Notes under the pieces: model-generated
Database searches by the model: none
What the model saw: only the letters and a program-made list of their open reading frames with translations
Told to the model about the DNA's origin: nothing
Made by a program: the position numbers and the translations under genes
Part shown: positions 1 to 13,697 of the stretch, piece by piece
Numbering within the stretch: position 1 is the first letter of the stretch
How the letters are laid out: every line of letters starts with the position of its first letter
Assembly (NCBI RefSeq): GCF_963676685.1
Contig: NC_092347.1
Location: forward strand, 26,970,001 to 27,034,000
Reading direction: 5' to 3'
DNA from: Mytilus edulis
Taxonomy: Eukaryota
Length of the DNA stretch: 64,000 nt

Positions 1-2257
1 TTCTTTTATATAGTTTCCCGTGTGAAACTGAAATATCCAAATCTAGAAACAGACAATTATTTCTGTTTGTATAAGATTTATTTATAGTCAATTCTCTTGG
101 TAAAGTTTGCGCAGTAAAATTAGAATACCTCCTTGTTCATCGATCAGTATGCACAATTCATGTAAATTAAGAAAAAAACCTCATTGTATATCTGAGATAA
201 TTTACTATATTAGTACATCTTATGTTTTAAAATTAAATGCACCGCTCGAACATTGTATTGGAACTCAGAGTAATGGTCTGTATACCATAAACAGTATAAC
301 TCTAGATCTTGATCAACATTAACGAAGACAAGTTTTGCTATGTTTTCCTATTCACAGAATGATGTGTGAGTTCGGAGAAATAAATGTGAAGATGATAAAA
401 TAGTAATGAAGTATAAGCTGAAAGAGACGAGAACGACTGGCTACTTTATTGGAATAAATATAAGGATGATAAAAGTGGTAATGAAGTATGAATTGGAAGT
501 GGTGGGTTTGACCGTTAAGGTTATGTTTATTGGAGTTGATGACGTGAAAACATCATGCTGATTAAACAGAGGCGATTGACACAACGAAAGGAAAATCCTT
601 ATTATGTTCATTAAAACAGCAAGTTATTGACGTTCGTTTTTTCTAATAAATTCTTCCGGTCTGTTAGCATCTGTCATGGTGAATTGTCTGCTTCTGTTTA
701 CTCTAGGCTATAAAAATGTCGACTTATGTATATAATTATTACAAAATTGTACTGAAAAAAATTGTCACCTCAAATAATGAGGACATGTGTCACCACCCAT
801 TTTGGTCTAAAACGCAGACTTGGTTCATCTTATCCCCAAGTGTCGTGTCCGTTAAATAATCACACGAGGAAGTGTCTCCTGTTATTCTTTTAAATGGAAT
901 TCAACACATCCGTGATGCAATTTTTATTCCTGTTGTTAAAATTTTGCAATCACTGAAATGTTTGTGAATAATCAGCCTCAAGAATATTTTGTCCAGGAAA
1001 ACAACTGGATTTTTGTAGGTATAAATCTAGATTTGAAAAAAAATAATCCCAAAACACAATAATTTCTATATGGATTTTTGACCTATTTCGCCATTTAGTA
1101 ATAATTAGCCGTAAAAGCGCCAATAAATCTGGACATTTTTTTTTAAATATCAGAGATTTCACAGTTAACTTTTTTGTTAACGACTTTCTTTCAAAGATAT
1201 GGAAATGTGAAATTCATTAAATATATTAAAAAAAATATATGTCATTTAAATAACTGTGATTTGACAAAATTAGAAAAATCATTATTTGAATTATAAGACA
1301 CGTATTTATTATCATTGCCAATTCAATTGCAAAATGAACTTTTCAACTCAACCTTGATGCTGTAATTTTATCATAAGAATGCATTTTCTTAAAATTTGCT
1401 GTCAAAATGATGTAGCATTCCACTCTAAAACAATAATTGCTTCTTGAAATGAGAGTTTAGAGTTCATTGATAACATCTTCAAGACATAGAATTGCTAATA
1501 ATGAACTCCCACCTAGATTTTTGTTGTTGTAAAATGGGAATTTCAAATCAATCAACCATAAATGAGCAAATAAAAAAAAATTAAATTTGATTTTCTTTAA
1601 AAAAAAATCTTTTTTTTTACCTTTTTGTTTTGAAACTATTATTTTTATTCCAAAGAAAACAAAAAGTTCATATTAATTGAGTTTCAAGTCATAATTATTT
1701 CATGTCCATGCAAATGCAACACTTGCAACGTATTTTAAATAAATAAAAAATCCTTTTTGTTTTGTAACTATTGTTTTGTATTTAAAGAAAAAAAGCATAT
1801 TAAATCTGTTTCAAATAGTAATTGTTTCATTTCCCTGTATATGCTACACTTGCAACGTATTTTAGATAAAACACAACACAAAGCACTTACCTTTTTACTT
1901 CCTTGGAAAATTTTCAATATTCTTGCTAATTAAGTCCTGAAAACATTAAAGAAAACCCCTAGCAAATGGACAAATAAACGTCCAAAGATGGAAATAAAAT
2001 CGATAAAGGATGGGTTTCTAAAAAGAGAGTCTTGCTGTCTAGTAAACCTATTATATAAAATCTAATGAGTATTATCATACATCATTTTCCTTCTGGGCAA
2101 AAAGTTTAGTGGCTTCACAATCAGTTAAAACCAAGAAGCCTTTATTGAAATATTAGCATCGATGTTTTCTTACACGATAGAAAGTGAACATCGCATAGAT
2201 GTAAAATATCACCAAGTTTTATTTGGTTCAAGTACCTTCTTCAAATAAAACCTGTAT

Positions 2258-2292
2258 CAAGGATTTGTATAGTAAGACTATACAAATCCTTG
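2258..2292. mobile_element. 35-bp palindromic micro-MITE with 7-bp target-site duplication
   Basis: CAAGGATTTGTATAGT-AAG-ACTATACAAATCCTTG (perfect 16-bp arms), flanked on both sides by CCTGTAT. The neighbouring tandem copy (~2310-2375) shows the empty site. Confidence 0.75.
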
Positions 2293-4099
2293 CCTGTATA
2301 CAGTTTGCATGTGAAATATATTTTCACCAAGTCTTATTTGGCTCAAATACCATCTGCAAATAAAACCTGTATTCAGTACATATGATACATATATATTTCT
2401 TTCAATGAGTTTTTGAAATTATCTATAAAAATCTGAAAAATGTAGAAGTGTTTTACACTTACCAGCAGTTTGTTGATTTTTAAAAAGAATCAATGAAACC
2501 ATTACTTGTTATTTTTTTAAATCGTTAATCAGAAGTATTTGTATTCATGTATAAGAAATGTAATTTTTTTAAACAGTAGACAAATTCAAATTGTTCATTT
2601 TCAACAGATATTTCTAATATAAAAATATACAAACGATATCCAAATGCATAATCAAAACAACATGCCAAAAAAAAGTATGATGACGAAAAAACTGATGGAT
2701 GAGGTGTTACTTGCTTAACGTCAAGTGCACGTGGCAAATATTTAACGAAAAGACAAACGCTGGTTTTCCCGTGTGAATGGTTAAACATTAGTAATTATTT
2801 TAGGCCCTTTATAGCCTGCTGTTCGGTGTGAGCCAATGCTCCGTGTTTAAGACCGTACCTTGACCTATAATGGTTTACTTTTATAAATTGTGACTTGGAT
2901 GGAGAGTTGTTTCATTGGCACTCATACCACATCTTCCTATATCAATTTTTAAGCATAAGCTACAGTAAGTCCACTACAGAAGTCAATATGAACTCCATGT
3001 TTTGTTCTTTGTAAACAGCGAAAGGATGGGGATGTCAGACAATTTGTAAATAAGGAGTTTTGTGATATGCTTTGAATTTATATTTAAATGAGAGAATCAA
3101 CTTATTTTAAAAGATTAATCACCAAAAAGCTGAACAATCAGTAATTTCAAAGTAAGGAATATGACAGTTGTGATCCATTCGTTTGATGTGTTTCAGCTTT
3201 TGATTTTTCCATTTGATAAGGAATTTCCCTCTGAGTTCAGTATTTTTGTCACTTTACTTTTTTCATAATTAAGGTGATATGGTTTGTTTGTAAATTTGTA
3301 AATTTCCGGTGAAGAGAATAATGTAATTGTAACAGCCCTAAGGTTGCAACTCCCTCAATTTACTTAAGTGGGTTATGTTAGTTCTGTTGGGCCTTTTAGG
3401 TTTTAAAGATCTCAAACAATTTATATGTATGGCTATTTTCAAAGATTCTTGGTTCAAGAATATCTGGTCTGGTCTAGATTATACCTGCTGATAATTATAC
3501 CAGAAATACCTGCTGAGTACCAGGAAATCATATCTTAGTATAATTTCCTGTTTAGCATGTATCATTCGTGACATTATCTGGTTGTCAAAGCTAACAATGT
3601 CAAGTCGTAAAAAGTAATTCAAATGGATGAAATGTTTTATATTGATGTATGTTCCGTGGTCTACTTAACTAATATAGAGAACTCGTAAGGTTAAAAACCT
3701 TTTCTACAGCTGTATAATTATATTAAACGGAGAATAATCAATGACAGAAAGCGTACAGATTATTTATTTATTTTCTATCTCTTTCTAATTATAAATCATT
3801 AAATGGTTGGTTGGATCAATTTTTCAAATCGTTCTGTTGAGGCTAGTTATCTGTATTCGCATGAACATCTATTGGTACAATTTTATGTAAACTCAAATAA
3901 AGCACAAAAATTAATTTTGAACAAACCAATATTTTTTAAACTTGTTAACTGCTCATTGTTCTTAAACGTGGACCAAAATACATGCAATGTTATAAATACA
4001 CACAAAACAAATATGTGATATCTTATTTAAGCCTACATTGTGTAAAGATATATAGAGGCTGTGTATTATTATATGGTCATTTTATTTTACTGTTACAAA

Positions 4100-4312
4100 A
4101 CTTTGAATATTTTTCGAAAAACTAAGGATGTTCTTATCCCAGGAGTAGATTACCTTAGCCGTATTTGGCACAACTTTTTGGTCCTCAATGCTCTTCAACT
4201 TTGTACTCGTTGGCTTTATAACTGTTTTGATCTGAGCGTCATTGATGAGTCTAATGTAGAAGAAACGCGCGTCTGGCGTATTAAATTATAATCCTGGTAC
4301 CTTTGATAACTA
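4100..4312 (+). mobile_element. Short interspersed repeat with degenerate minimal hammerhead (Penelope-pLTR/retrozyme-like)
   Basis: Same family as 6005-6146 and 8415-8557. The core is mutated: TTGATGAG instead of CTGATGAG, and the stem II closing C is changed to A. Confidence 0.7.
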
Positions 4313-4789
4313 TTAATAATCTAAATAAAGAAAATTGAATTTCAGATGAGATAATGAATTAAGTTAAGTTGATACTAACAATGGGAAATATTGACATGGT
4401 GGTACACATGTGGTAGCTATAAACTGTTACATTGACTCTAGTGAGCTTTAACTGTATGACAACAAAGGTAAATATAAACAACAAGTCATTTAAGGGTTGA
4501 AAATTATGTTCTAGTCCTTAATCTAATGCCGGACAAAGAATAATTATTTGAATTTATTTTCTCTGATTAGAATATGCAAATAAACTCGATCAACATAGAT
4601 CTGCTCTATCTGGCATTAAGTATTTGGTTGAACATTGTCGTACTCATTAGTATGAACTGCCCACATTTTCTTTTTTTTTTTTTACAAAAAAAAACCAAAA
4701 AACTGCCAGCAGAAGTTGAGGTAAACATATACAAGCATATATTTTTTCTGGATTGCCAATAGTATATACAATGATATTTTATGAATGTT

Positions 4790-6553
4790 TTAACAAAGTG
4801 ATATTGTCACTTCATATAATTTGGCGTCCTTGGTTTTACTCCTTGTTGGTGTACTACATCCTATATAGAGTTGTCCTGTTGGGGTGAATACAAGAGAACA
4901 TAGTAATACTATGTTTATGTCACTTGTTTTATAACATGTCACCAGTGTGCCAGCATTGTTCAGGATATGGAGTGTATAAGTGTTGATATCAGCTACAATA
5001 ATATTGTCTCTAGGTGTTGTCACTATGTCTCTTAGATTGAAAGGTATGTCTTTGTTGATCTCTCTATCTCCTGTATAGATATTGATTATATCGCCTCCCT
5101 GTTCCAATACTACTACTCTATATCTGTTACCACGTACTCCACCATCAACCACATGAATATTACCATTACTGGTACTGGTTATTCTTAAGGGATAGGTAAA
5201 TATAGGTTGTTTATGTTGATCATGTTCATACACTCTCTCATGGTCTCCATTCTGATTCAGCAGTATTACAACTCTTCTTCCTTGTTTAAGGAAGTCTCTA
5301 TTATTACCTTCTTCTAAAATTTTATTGTCACTAGTGATATGGACTGCTGTAGGGTAGAATGGTGACAGATTATATACAGTGTCTGCAAGTTTACCCGTAC
5401 TACTGATTACCTCTTTGATTCTTAATCCCTCAGGACAAAGAAGTAGATTATTTGATTGAGTAACAGCCATACCATACACACTGATATTATAACTGGATAG
5501 AACCTTTATGTTGTTTCCATCAAGTTTTACTTTTTGAACTAAACAAAAACCACCAGAACTTATCCAGAAAGTCTGTTCAATAGATGAGCTAACAAATGTT
5601 ACAGCCTCTAATTCTAGTTTGATATTGTTTATTTATTTCCAGATGAACATGCGGTTCATAAGTAAGATTTTCATCAAATTCCAACACCCCAATGTAAGCC
5701 TGAGTGACCTCTTCTGGAATGAAGTTTGGTAAAGAGCCATAACTTGATCTTGGTTGGGGTATTTGAATGTCAATAGATTTTTCTAAATTATTTACTTCTG
5801 TAAAGAACTTGGAGGCATCACTGATTTGAATGAATTCCTGGACTTTATTGTTTTTGTTGTCAGCTTGTTTTAGTAAAACTGAGACAGCATTTAAGTCAGT
5901 TTTGATCATGTTAGAAACAGAGTTGTGATTCTAAGAACATCTTCCTTTACCTGGTTGTATTTATAATTTTCTGATGATAAAAGTTGGCTAAGCTGTTCTT
6001 TTTTATATTTTGGGTTCTCAATGCTCTTCAACTTTGTATTTGTTTGGCTTTTTAACTATTTTGATCTGAGCGTCACTGATGAGTCTTATGTAGACGAAAC
6101 GCGCGTCTGGCGTATAAAATTATAATCCCGGTACTTTTGATAACTAATTATATACAATTACTTTCCTTTTCCTTTGAATTTTCCTTTGTCCTTTTTTCAA
6201 TTTGTCTTTAACATCGTATCCTTCCTGAATTTCTGTTCGATCATGTTTGTTGTGAATTTTTGGTACATAGGTTGGACATAGAAGACTTTCACATGTCTTA
6301 CAATACAGACATACATATTGTTCAACATGGTCCTGACGGGAAATGTTTGCAAAATTTTCTTATTAAGTCCAATTTCTTTGATATCAATTAATCTGTGATC
6401 CTATGCTGTTTTTCCCCTTAAACATACCTTCTTACAATGATTACACAATAAAAGACCACACTCTAAACACTTCCATTTAATGGGTCTATCACTTTCACAT
6501 AATCCACAATTGACAGGAATTTGTCCTTTTCGGACTGATTGTGAAAATGCCAT
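4790..6553 (-). pseudogene. B-box/coiled-coil/NHL-like beta-propeller (TRIM-like) pseudogene, copy A
   Basis: MAFSQ..CGLCE..CLECGLLLCNHC (B-box1), a second B-box remnant (CLYCKTCESLLC..H..H), a coiled coil and an NHL-like C-terminus (4790-5479). Stops at ~6401 and ~5932, frameshifts, and a repeat insertion at ~6005-6146. Confidence 0.8.
6070..6113 (+). ncRNA. Minimal type I hammerhead ribozyme
   Basis: Stem I GCGTCA/TGGCGT, core CTGATGA, stem II GTCT-TATGT-AGAC, GAA, palindromic stem III ACGCGCGT, cleavage triplet GTC (after 6107). Confidence 0.8.
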
Positions 6554-6747
6554 TTTATTACACTTCAACAGGTGTATTATTTTCCTTGTTTGTAACCTAG
6601 GCCTCCTTGACAAACTTATCCCAGGTTTTTAGAAACATTTTTCGATCTATGATTACTCATTTCTCAGTTTATAAATAAAGTGTAGTATGAATAAACTTTA
6701 AATCAATATTTAAAGTTAAATGACTGTTTAAAACAAGTGGTATACAT

Positions 6748-6910
6748 AATTGTTTTACATTGTCTTTTCGGGGCCTTTTATAGCTGACTATGCGGTATGG
6801 GCTTTGCTCATTGTTGAAGGCCATACGGTGACCTATAGCTGTTAATGTCTGCGTTATTTTGGTCTTTTGTGGATAGTTGTCTCATTCACACCACATCTTC
6901 TTTTTTATAA
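6748..6910 (+). repeat. Abundant ~160-bp interspersed repeat matching the 3' end of the Penelope-like fragment at 12525-13697
   Basis: GGGGCCTTTTATAGCTGACTATGCGGTATGGGCTTTG...CATACCACATCTTC. Related copies at ~2795-2945, 13535-13697, 38628-38785, 45300-45700 and 51330-51700. Absent from the duplicated segment at ~8985. Confidence 0.75.
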
Positions 6911-7219
6911 ATCTAGCAAATGATATGTTGGAGTTTAAATGGACGTATGAATAGGTGTACATGAATATATAAGATATTATTTGAATTTATTTTCTCTGAT
7001 TAGAATATGCAAATAAACTCATCATATATCTGCTCTATCTGGCATTAAGTATTTGGTGGAACATTGTCTTACTCATAAGTATGAATTGCCCACATTTTCT
7101 TTTTTTTTTGCTAAAAAAAAACCAAAAAAACTGCCAGCAGAAGTTGAGGTAAACGTATACAAGAATATATTTTTTTCCTGGATTGCCTATAGTATATACA
7201 ATGATATTTTATGAATGTT

Positions 7220-8672
7220 TTAACAAAGTGATATTGTCACTTCATATAATTTGGCGTCCTTGGCTTTACACCTTTTTGGTGTACTACATTCTATATAGAG
7301 TTGTCCTGTTGGGGTGAATACAAGAGAACATAGTAGTACTATGTTTATGTCACTTGTTTTATGACATGTCACCAGTGTGCCAGCATTGTTCAGTATATGG
7401 AGTGTATGAGTGTTGATATCAGCTACAATAACATTGTCTCTAGGTGTTGTCACTATGTCTCTTGGATTGAAAGGTATGTCTTTGTTGATCTCTCTATCTC
7501 CTGTATAGATATTGATTATATCGCCTCCCTGTTCTAACATTACTACTCTATATATGCCACCACGTACTCCACCATCAACTACATGAATATTACCATTACT
7601 GGTACTGGTAATTCTCAAGAGATAGGTAAATATAGGTTGTTTATGTTGGTCATGTTCATACACTCTCTCGTGGTCTCCATTCCGATTCATCAGTATTACA
7701 ACTCTTTTTCCTTATTATAGTCTCTATTATTACCTCCTACTAAAACTTTATTGTCACTAGTGATATGGACTGCTGTAGGGTAGAATGGTGATAGATTATA
7801 TACTGTGTCTGTAAGTGATTACTTCTTTGAGTCTTAATCCCTCAGGACACAGAAGTAGATTATCTGATTGAGTAACAGCCATACCATACACATTTATATT
7901 ATAACTGGATAGAACCTTTATGTTGTTTTCATCAAGTGTTACTTTTTGAACTAAACAAAAACCACCAGAACTTATCCAGAAAGTCTGATCAATAGATGAG
8001 CTAACAAATGTTACAGCCTCTAATTCAGTTTCATATTGTTTATTTAATTCCAGATGAACATGCGGTTCATAAGAAAGATTTTCATCAAATTCCAACACCC
8101 CAATGTAAGCCTGAGTGACCTCTTCTGGAATGAAGTTTGGTAAAGAGCCATAACTTGATCTTGGTTGGGGTATTTGAATGTCAATAGATTTTTCTAAATT
8201 GTTTACTCCTGTAAAGAACTTGGAGGCATCACTGATTTGAATGAATTCCTGTACTTTATTGTTTTTGTTGTCAGCTTGTTTTAGTAAAACTGAGACAGCA
8301 TTTAAGTCAGTTTTGATCATGTTAGAAACAGAGTTGTGATTCTAAGAACATCTTCCTTTACCTGGTTGTATTTATAATTTTCTGATGATAAAAGTTGGCT
8401 AAGCTGTTCTTTTTTATATTTTGGGTCCTCAATGCTCTTCAACTTTGTATTTGTTTGGCTTTTTAACTATTTTGATCTGAGCGTCACTGATGAGTCTTGT
8501 GTAGACGAAACGCGCGTCTGGCGTATAAAATTATAATCCTGGTACTTTTGATAACTAATTATATACAATTACTTTCCTTTTCCTTTGAATTTTCCTTTGT
8601 CCTTTTTTCAATTTGTCAAATTTAACATCGTATCCTTCATGAATTTCTGTTCGATCATGTTTGTTGTGAATT
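7220..8672 (-). pseudogene. TRIM/NHL-like pseudogene, copy B (tandem duplicate lacking most of the B-box region)
   Basis: ORFs 7796-8320 and 7220-7690 are nearly identical to copy A. It has its own frameshifting deletions and the same hammerhead-repeat insertion. The 5' part is replaced by a repeat at 8675-8905. Confidence 0.8.
8481..8524 (+). ncRNA. Minimal type I hammerhead ribozyme
   Basis: Same architecture as 6070-6113 with an intact core. Cleavage predicted after C8518. Confidence 0.8.
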
Positions 8673-8674
8673 TT

Positions 8675-8905
8675 ATGCTGCCACATGTGGACCAGGATCT
8701 GCTTACCCTTCCGCAGCACCTGAGATCACCCCTAGTTTTTGGTGGGGTTCGTGTTGTTTATTCTTTAGTTTTCTATGTTGTGTCATGTGTACTATTGTTT
8801 TTCTGTTTTTCTGTTTGTCTTTTTTCATTTTTAGCCATGGCGTTGTCAGTTTGTTTTAGATTTATGAGTTTGACTGTCTCTTTGGTATCTTTCGCCGTCC
8901 CTCTT
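8675..8905 (+). repeat. Interspersed repeat, probable 3' UTR of a Penelope-like family
   Basis: GCTTACCCTTCCG.AGCACCTGA motif also found (reverse) at ~46500-46560, next to a Penelope-type RT C-terminal remnant. Confidence 0.55.
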
Positions 8906-9127
8906 TTATAAATAATGTGTAGTATGAATAAACTTTAAACCAATATTTAAAGTTAAATGACTGTTTAAAACAAGTGGTATACATAGATCTAGCAAATGAT
9001 ATGTTGGAGTTTAAATGGACGTATGAATATGTGTACATGAATATATAACATTTATTATTAATAAACACACATTTAATTTGATTAAAAAGCTGTTGTGATC
9101 AATGATGGTAATAGTAAAATCAATAAA

Positions 9128-9598
9128 GATCTGACTAGTGTGACCAGGGGATATCGAAGGTCTAGCTAGAAGTCAGTCAATTAAGATCTGACATACTTAG
9201 AAGTATTGTGACCATGGGGATATCAAATGCCCAATGAAATGTAGAGTTAGAGGAAGCCTTCAAGGTCTTGCTCATAGTCAGTCAGTATGGATCTGACTCA
9301 GTGTAGCCAGGGGATATCAAATGCCCGATGAAATGTCGATTGAGAGGAAGGTCTTGCTAGTAGTCAGTCAGAATGGATCTGACTTAGTGTGGCCAGGGGA
9401 TATCAAATGCCCGATGAAATGTCGATTGAGAGGAAGGTCTTGCTAGTAATCAGTCTAATAAGATCTGACGTAATGTGGTCAGGGGATATCAAATGCCCGA
9501 TGAAATGTCGAGTTAGAGGAAGGTCATGCTAGAAGTCAGTCAATTAAGATCTGACTTAGTGTGGTCAGGGATATCAATATCGACTGAGAGGAAGGTAG
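9128..9598. repeat. 86-bp tandem repeat, ~5.5 copies
   Basis: GATCTGAC anchors at 9290, 9376, 9462 and 9548, with degenerate copies upstream. Confidence 0.85.
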
Positions 9599-11063
9599 CA
9601 ACTATATTTGCTTGTCATAGGCCCTTTTGAAAAGATTTTATATGTACAGGTCTTATTTTTATATATGTAACAATGTTGTTCTAACATAAAACATTTTCAT
9701 TGATCTGTTCAAATAAACCTTCATCATGGAACCGATAACGTATGGAAAAACTGTTAATCTTCCAAGCGGCTGAATCAAGACGGTATTAGTAAAATAATTA
9801 TTTAAAAATTCTACATTATAAACATCTGTCTTAAAATACAACAGTAAAGTAGATTTTGTATTTAACGGCCACATTGATTTGAACCTATCTTTAATGACAG
9901 AATATTAATCCAATCCAAAGTCATATTCAGCCTAATAATTCACATTCGGTTATGTCAAATAAAAAAATGTCCTGCTGTCTGTGAGACAGATCTCCCATAA
10001 CCGCCAATCAAATCAGGATGCAGTCTTTTAACTTTTAATGAAATACTTCAATTTTACCATTATAAATCTGAGACAAATCAAATAGAATAGATGGCGTAGG
10101 TAGGATTTGGATTTCATGCGAGATAAACTTGAGAAAAAGAATTAAATGTAACGACAAATGGTAGAAATTATGTTAAAATTATTATAAAGTCTGATGGTCA
10201 AGTTCATTTGACACTTAGAGATGCTACTCTCACACAACAACCTCAATTCTACGACCAGAAACACTGCTATATTTTTTTACACATTCAATGAAAAAACAAC
10301 AGATATCAAACTTTAATATGCAGAAACGAATTTCACGAAATATGAACTACATGATACAATTCAGGACATACCTTGGTCATACCAAAATTAATGTACATGA
10401 TCAATATTCATACTGATTTAAATAATCATACATTTCAGAACAATATTGGGCCAACTTTAACCACTGAACAGCATCCATTGAAATATGTCGCCTTCTCATT
10501 ATTGTCCGACAATAATATTTCTTTTGTTTAAACATGTTTAGTACAAAACAATGCCAGTTAAAGAAACCATCGGATCACAAACAAAAAGAGGAGGAGACGA
10601 CGGTATAATTTCGCAGAAAATATTCGAGGTTTTCATATAAGCGAATCAAGGGCAACATGCCATATACAAAATAACTACAAAAACAAGCAAACTAGTAGTG
10701 ATACGTCCACAAACTATTTCATATCACATAGGATTAGAAAATGAAAAAATGATTACATAGTCAGAAAAATAATACAGAGCACATTCAGACAATCTTGTTT
10801 TATTGATTAGAAAATTCGAAAACACACACAATACATTTGCAACTGGTAACCTTTATGGAGTGACAAACAGAAAGAGCTTCTATAGAAACGTCAGTTTAAT
10901 CTTACAGTAAAGAATGGTCACACATGAACATTTTACCGGTTTACTAATAGAAATTATAATATGACGTGCTTCTTTCGCTTTGTAAACAACATTGTGATAA
11001 AAATTCTCGATATATCTATACTTATACACAGACTCAGAGATAAACATAATAATGGCTGTTACA

Positions 11064-11290
11064 AGTGGGTCTCATTGGGGTCTAAGTGTGACGCGGGATT
11101 GCCGATTTTTTGTAAGCGTGACACGTGAAAGTCAAATTATTCTGCCGTGAAAACGGGAAATGAAGTCTAGCGGGACACGGGAAATTACAAAAAAATGAGA
11201 ATTGCTTACGTACATAGTGTAAGCGGGATATGGGAATCTGACAAAACAGTAAGCGGGATTCGGGATCAGAACCCCCCAATGATACCCCCT
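11064..11290. mobile_element. MITE with internal GCGGGA repeats
   Basis: Imperfect TIR AGTGGGTCTCATTGGGG / CCCCAATGATACCCCCT, with (T)TACA(A) repeated on both flanks. Confidence 0.65.
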
Positions 11291-12524
11291 TACAATATAC
11301 TTCCCACGTAAATATACATGTATTGGAACCTATTTGCAGACTCTTTGCCAATTTTATTGTTTTTAAAAAGTGCAATTAAAAAAGACCAAATAACTGTTAT
11401 TCTTATTCGGATGCATAATAAAAAGAAGTAATGCACAAGAGCTCGGAAAAATCAACAAACAAAAAAAAATTCCGCGAAGTCTATTAATTTTTTTGGCGCA
11501 TTTAGGTCATTTCAAAAAATGACGTCATACAAATAAAACCGCTAAAGTTGAAAGTTTTCTTTTACGTGAACCATCGAAATTCGTATGATATTGTATTAAA
11601 ACTGATTTTTGAGATAGGTTTTGTTTTGTTTTGTATTCTATTGCATTATTTGCATATTTACTAATTTCAACAAGTCAACATGGCGGCTCCTTATAGTTAC
11701 GAAATGTCAACTTTGGATTTGACGGAAGCTCACGAGAAAATCCTGTAAATTTAAAATGGCAAATTTTGGGTTTTAGAATTAGAAGAACTAAACAGGTTTT
11801 CTCCTAGCGGTTAGTCACGAAATTACCCATGCAAGCTACGGATTTATTAAGATGTATTTTTAATTTGTATATAAGTTATAGTGACGAATTAGAAATGGAC
11901 ATATTGTGTAGACACCTTTCTATTGTTGAAATATTACTATATGTTGCCTTCTAGATGTCCTTAATATGTTCTTGTCGTTTGGTTGCTGTCTTATTGACGT
12001 ATAACCTACAATCATACATTTTTAGTTCCTCTGAGTGTACTTTTAAATCGGCGCATGAAAAATCATAACTAAACTGGTTATTGTGTATAGATTAATTGTC
12101 TTTCTTTCCCTCAATAATGCAAGGAAGATGAACCAAAGAGAGATTTACACAGGCACTTGTTTCTATCCATATTTAATACATATGAACAGTTGACCTTCCC
12201 ATGTGGAGTTGAACCTTAATTAAAAATATTATATATGTAAACAGAAAATAATGTTACACTTTTCAATCTTTAACGTCCCCTCCCCTCCATTTTTTTACTG
12301 TACCAATTTTAAAGACATGTCGCTTCTAAACAAAATCTGATTGATCTGCAGCTTATCCCCCAAACCTGTTTTGATACAACTTAAATATGTTCCTCATTAA
12401 ATTCGATCCCAAAACTTAAAAGGCATACATATCTAGATAGTCGTAATTAATTCCATTGAGCACGAAACTAATCAAAATCAGATTTTATTTATTTGGATAT
12501 TCTAAAATACATTTCTTTTTCTGC

Positions 12525-13697
12525 AGATTGTTATTTTCCCTTTTTGGATGGTGATTTCCCATTGGCATCATCTTACGATGTTTAAATTTTTAGTTTCTTT
12601 TAACTAGTTCGCTATGTTCGTGTCTGTTTTGACGTTTTTGATTTTAACGAACGTAATCTATGTATTACTGGTAAATTTTAAGCCAGGGATTTCGTTACCA
12701 CAAATTACTTAAAACATTTACTAAATTCTTCCATAGATATAAAGATTTGGTTTTGAAGTTCAAACGGGATAGCACATCCTATTTTTTTTTTATGGAAATG
12801 TTATTTACCGTGCCCGGAAATTTAGAAACGATCCTGGTAAACTTATCGATCCTTGAAATAAACTTATTCTATAAAAGGTTACCAATTCAACACTGTAATT
12901 AGATCATTGAATATTGTTTTATTGATATTAATATTGATTATGTCAGTAAATTAAAAGCAAACTAAATATTATTGTTATATTCATATACACATTCATGGAT
13001 CTACAATCTGTCGATATCCGTATCTTGGCATTGCACAAGGTCGTGTTTTTCCTCTGACTGTTTATGACGTGTTTACACTTAATTCATTGGATGTTGGATG
13101 TGTACTGATTGATAATTTAGTCTTAGATGCATGATTTTTTTATTAGTTGTTAGTGGTTTTGATCTAGCTCTCAGTAACTTCGGGTATTCTCAGACCAGTA
13201 ATTAGTGTCTTTTTTTAGTTTGGATATAAAAGTACCCGGCCCCGTCCACTATGTGTTTTTGTTAGATGTATGTTATTTGTATCTGATAAATTAAGCCTTT
13301 TTCAACTGATTTTTATAGTTTGTTCTTGTGTTGTACTGTTACACCACTGTCCCAGGTTGGGGGAGAGGGAGGTTGGGATTCCGCAAACATGTTTAACACC
13401 GCCACATTCTGCATGAATGTGCCTGTCCCAAGTCAGGAGCCTGTAATTCAGTGGTTGACAATTGTTGAAGTGTTACATATTTGTTTTTCGTACATTTTTT
13501 GTATGTAAATTAGGCCGTTAGTTTTCTCGTTTGAATTGTTTTACATTTGTAATTTCGGGGCCTTTTATAGCTGACTATGCGGTATGGGCTTTGCTTATGG
13601 TTGAAGGCCGTACGGTAACCTATAGTTGTTAATTACTATGTCATTTGGTCACTTGTGGAGAGTTGCCTCATTGGTAATCATATCACATCTTTTTTAT
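12525..13697 (+). mobile_element. 5'-truncated Penelope-like retroelement remnant
   Basis: Degenerate translation FPFLDGDFPLASSY..LVRY.RVC.DVFDFNERN..SQGFRYHKLLKTFTKFFHRY resembles the PLE RT C-terminus. It is followed by a long non-coding tail ending in the ~160-bp repeat. Confidence 0.65.

Noticed and set aside
24-33. ISRE-like GAAACTGAAA
   Set aside because: Single short motif at the window edge with no linked gene visible.
9128-9598. CCGATGA...GAA in the 86-bp tandem repeat as a hammerhead core
   Set aside because: No stem II or stem III pairing could be built.
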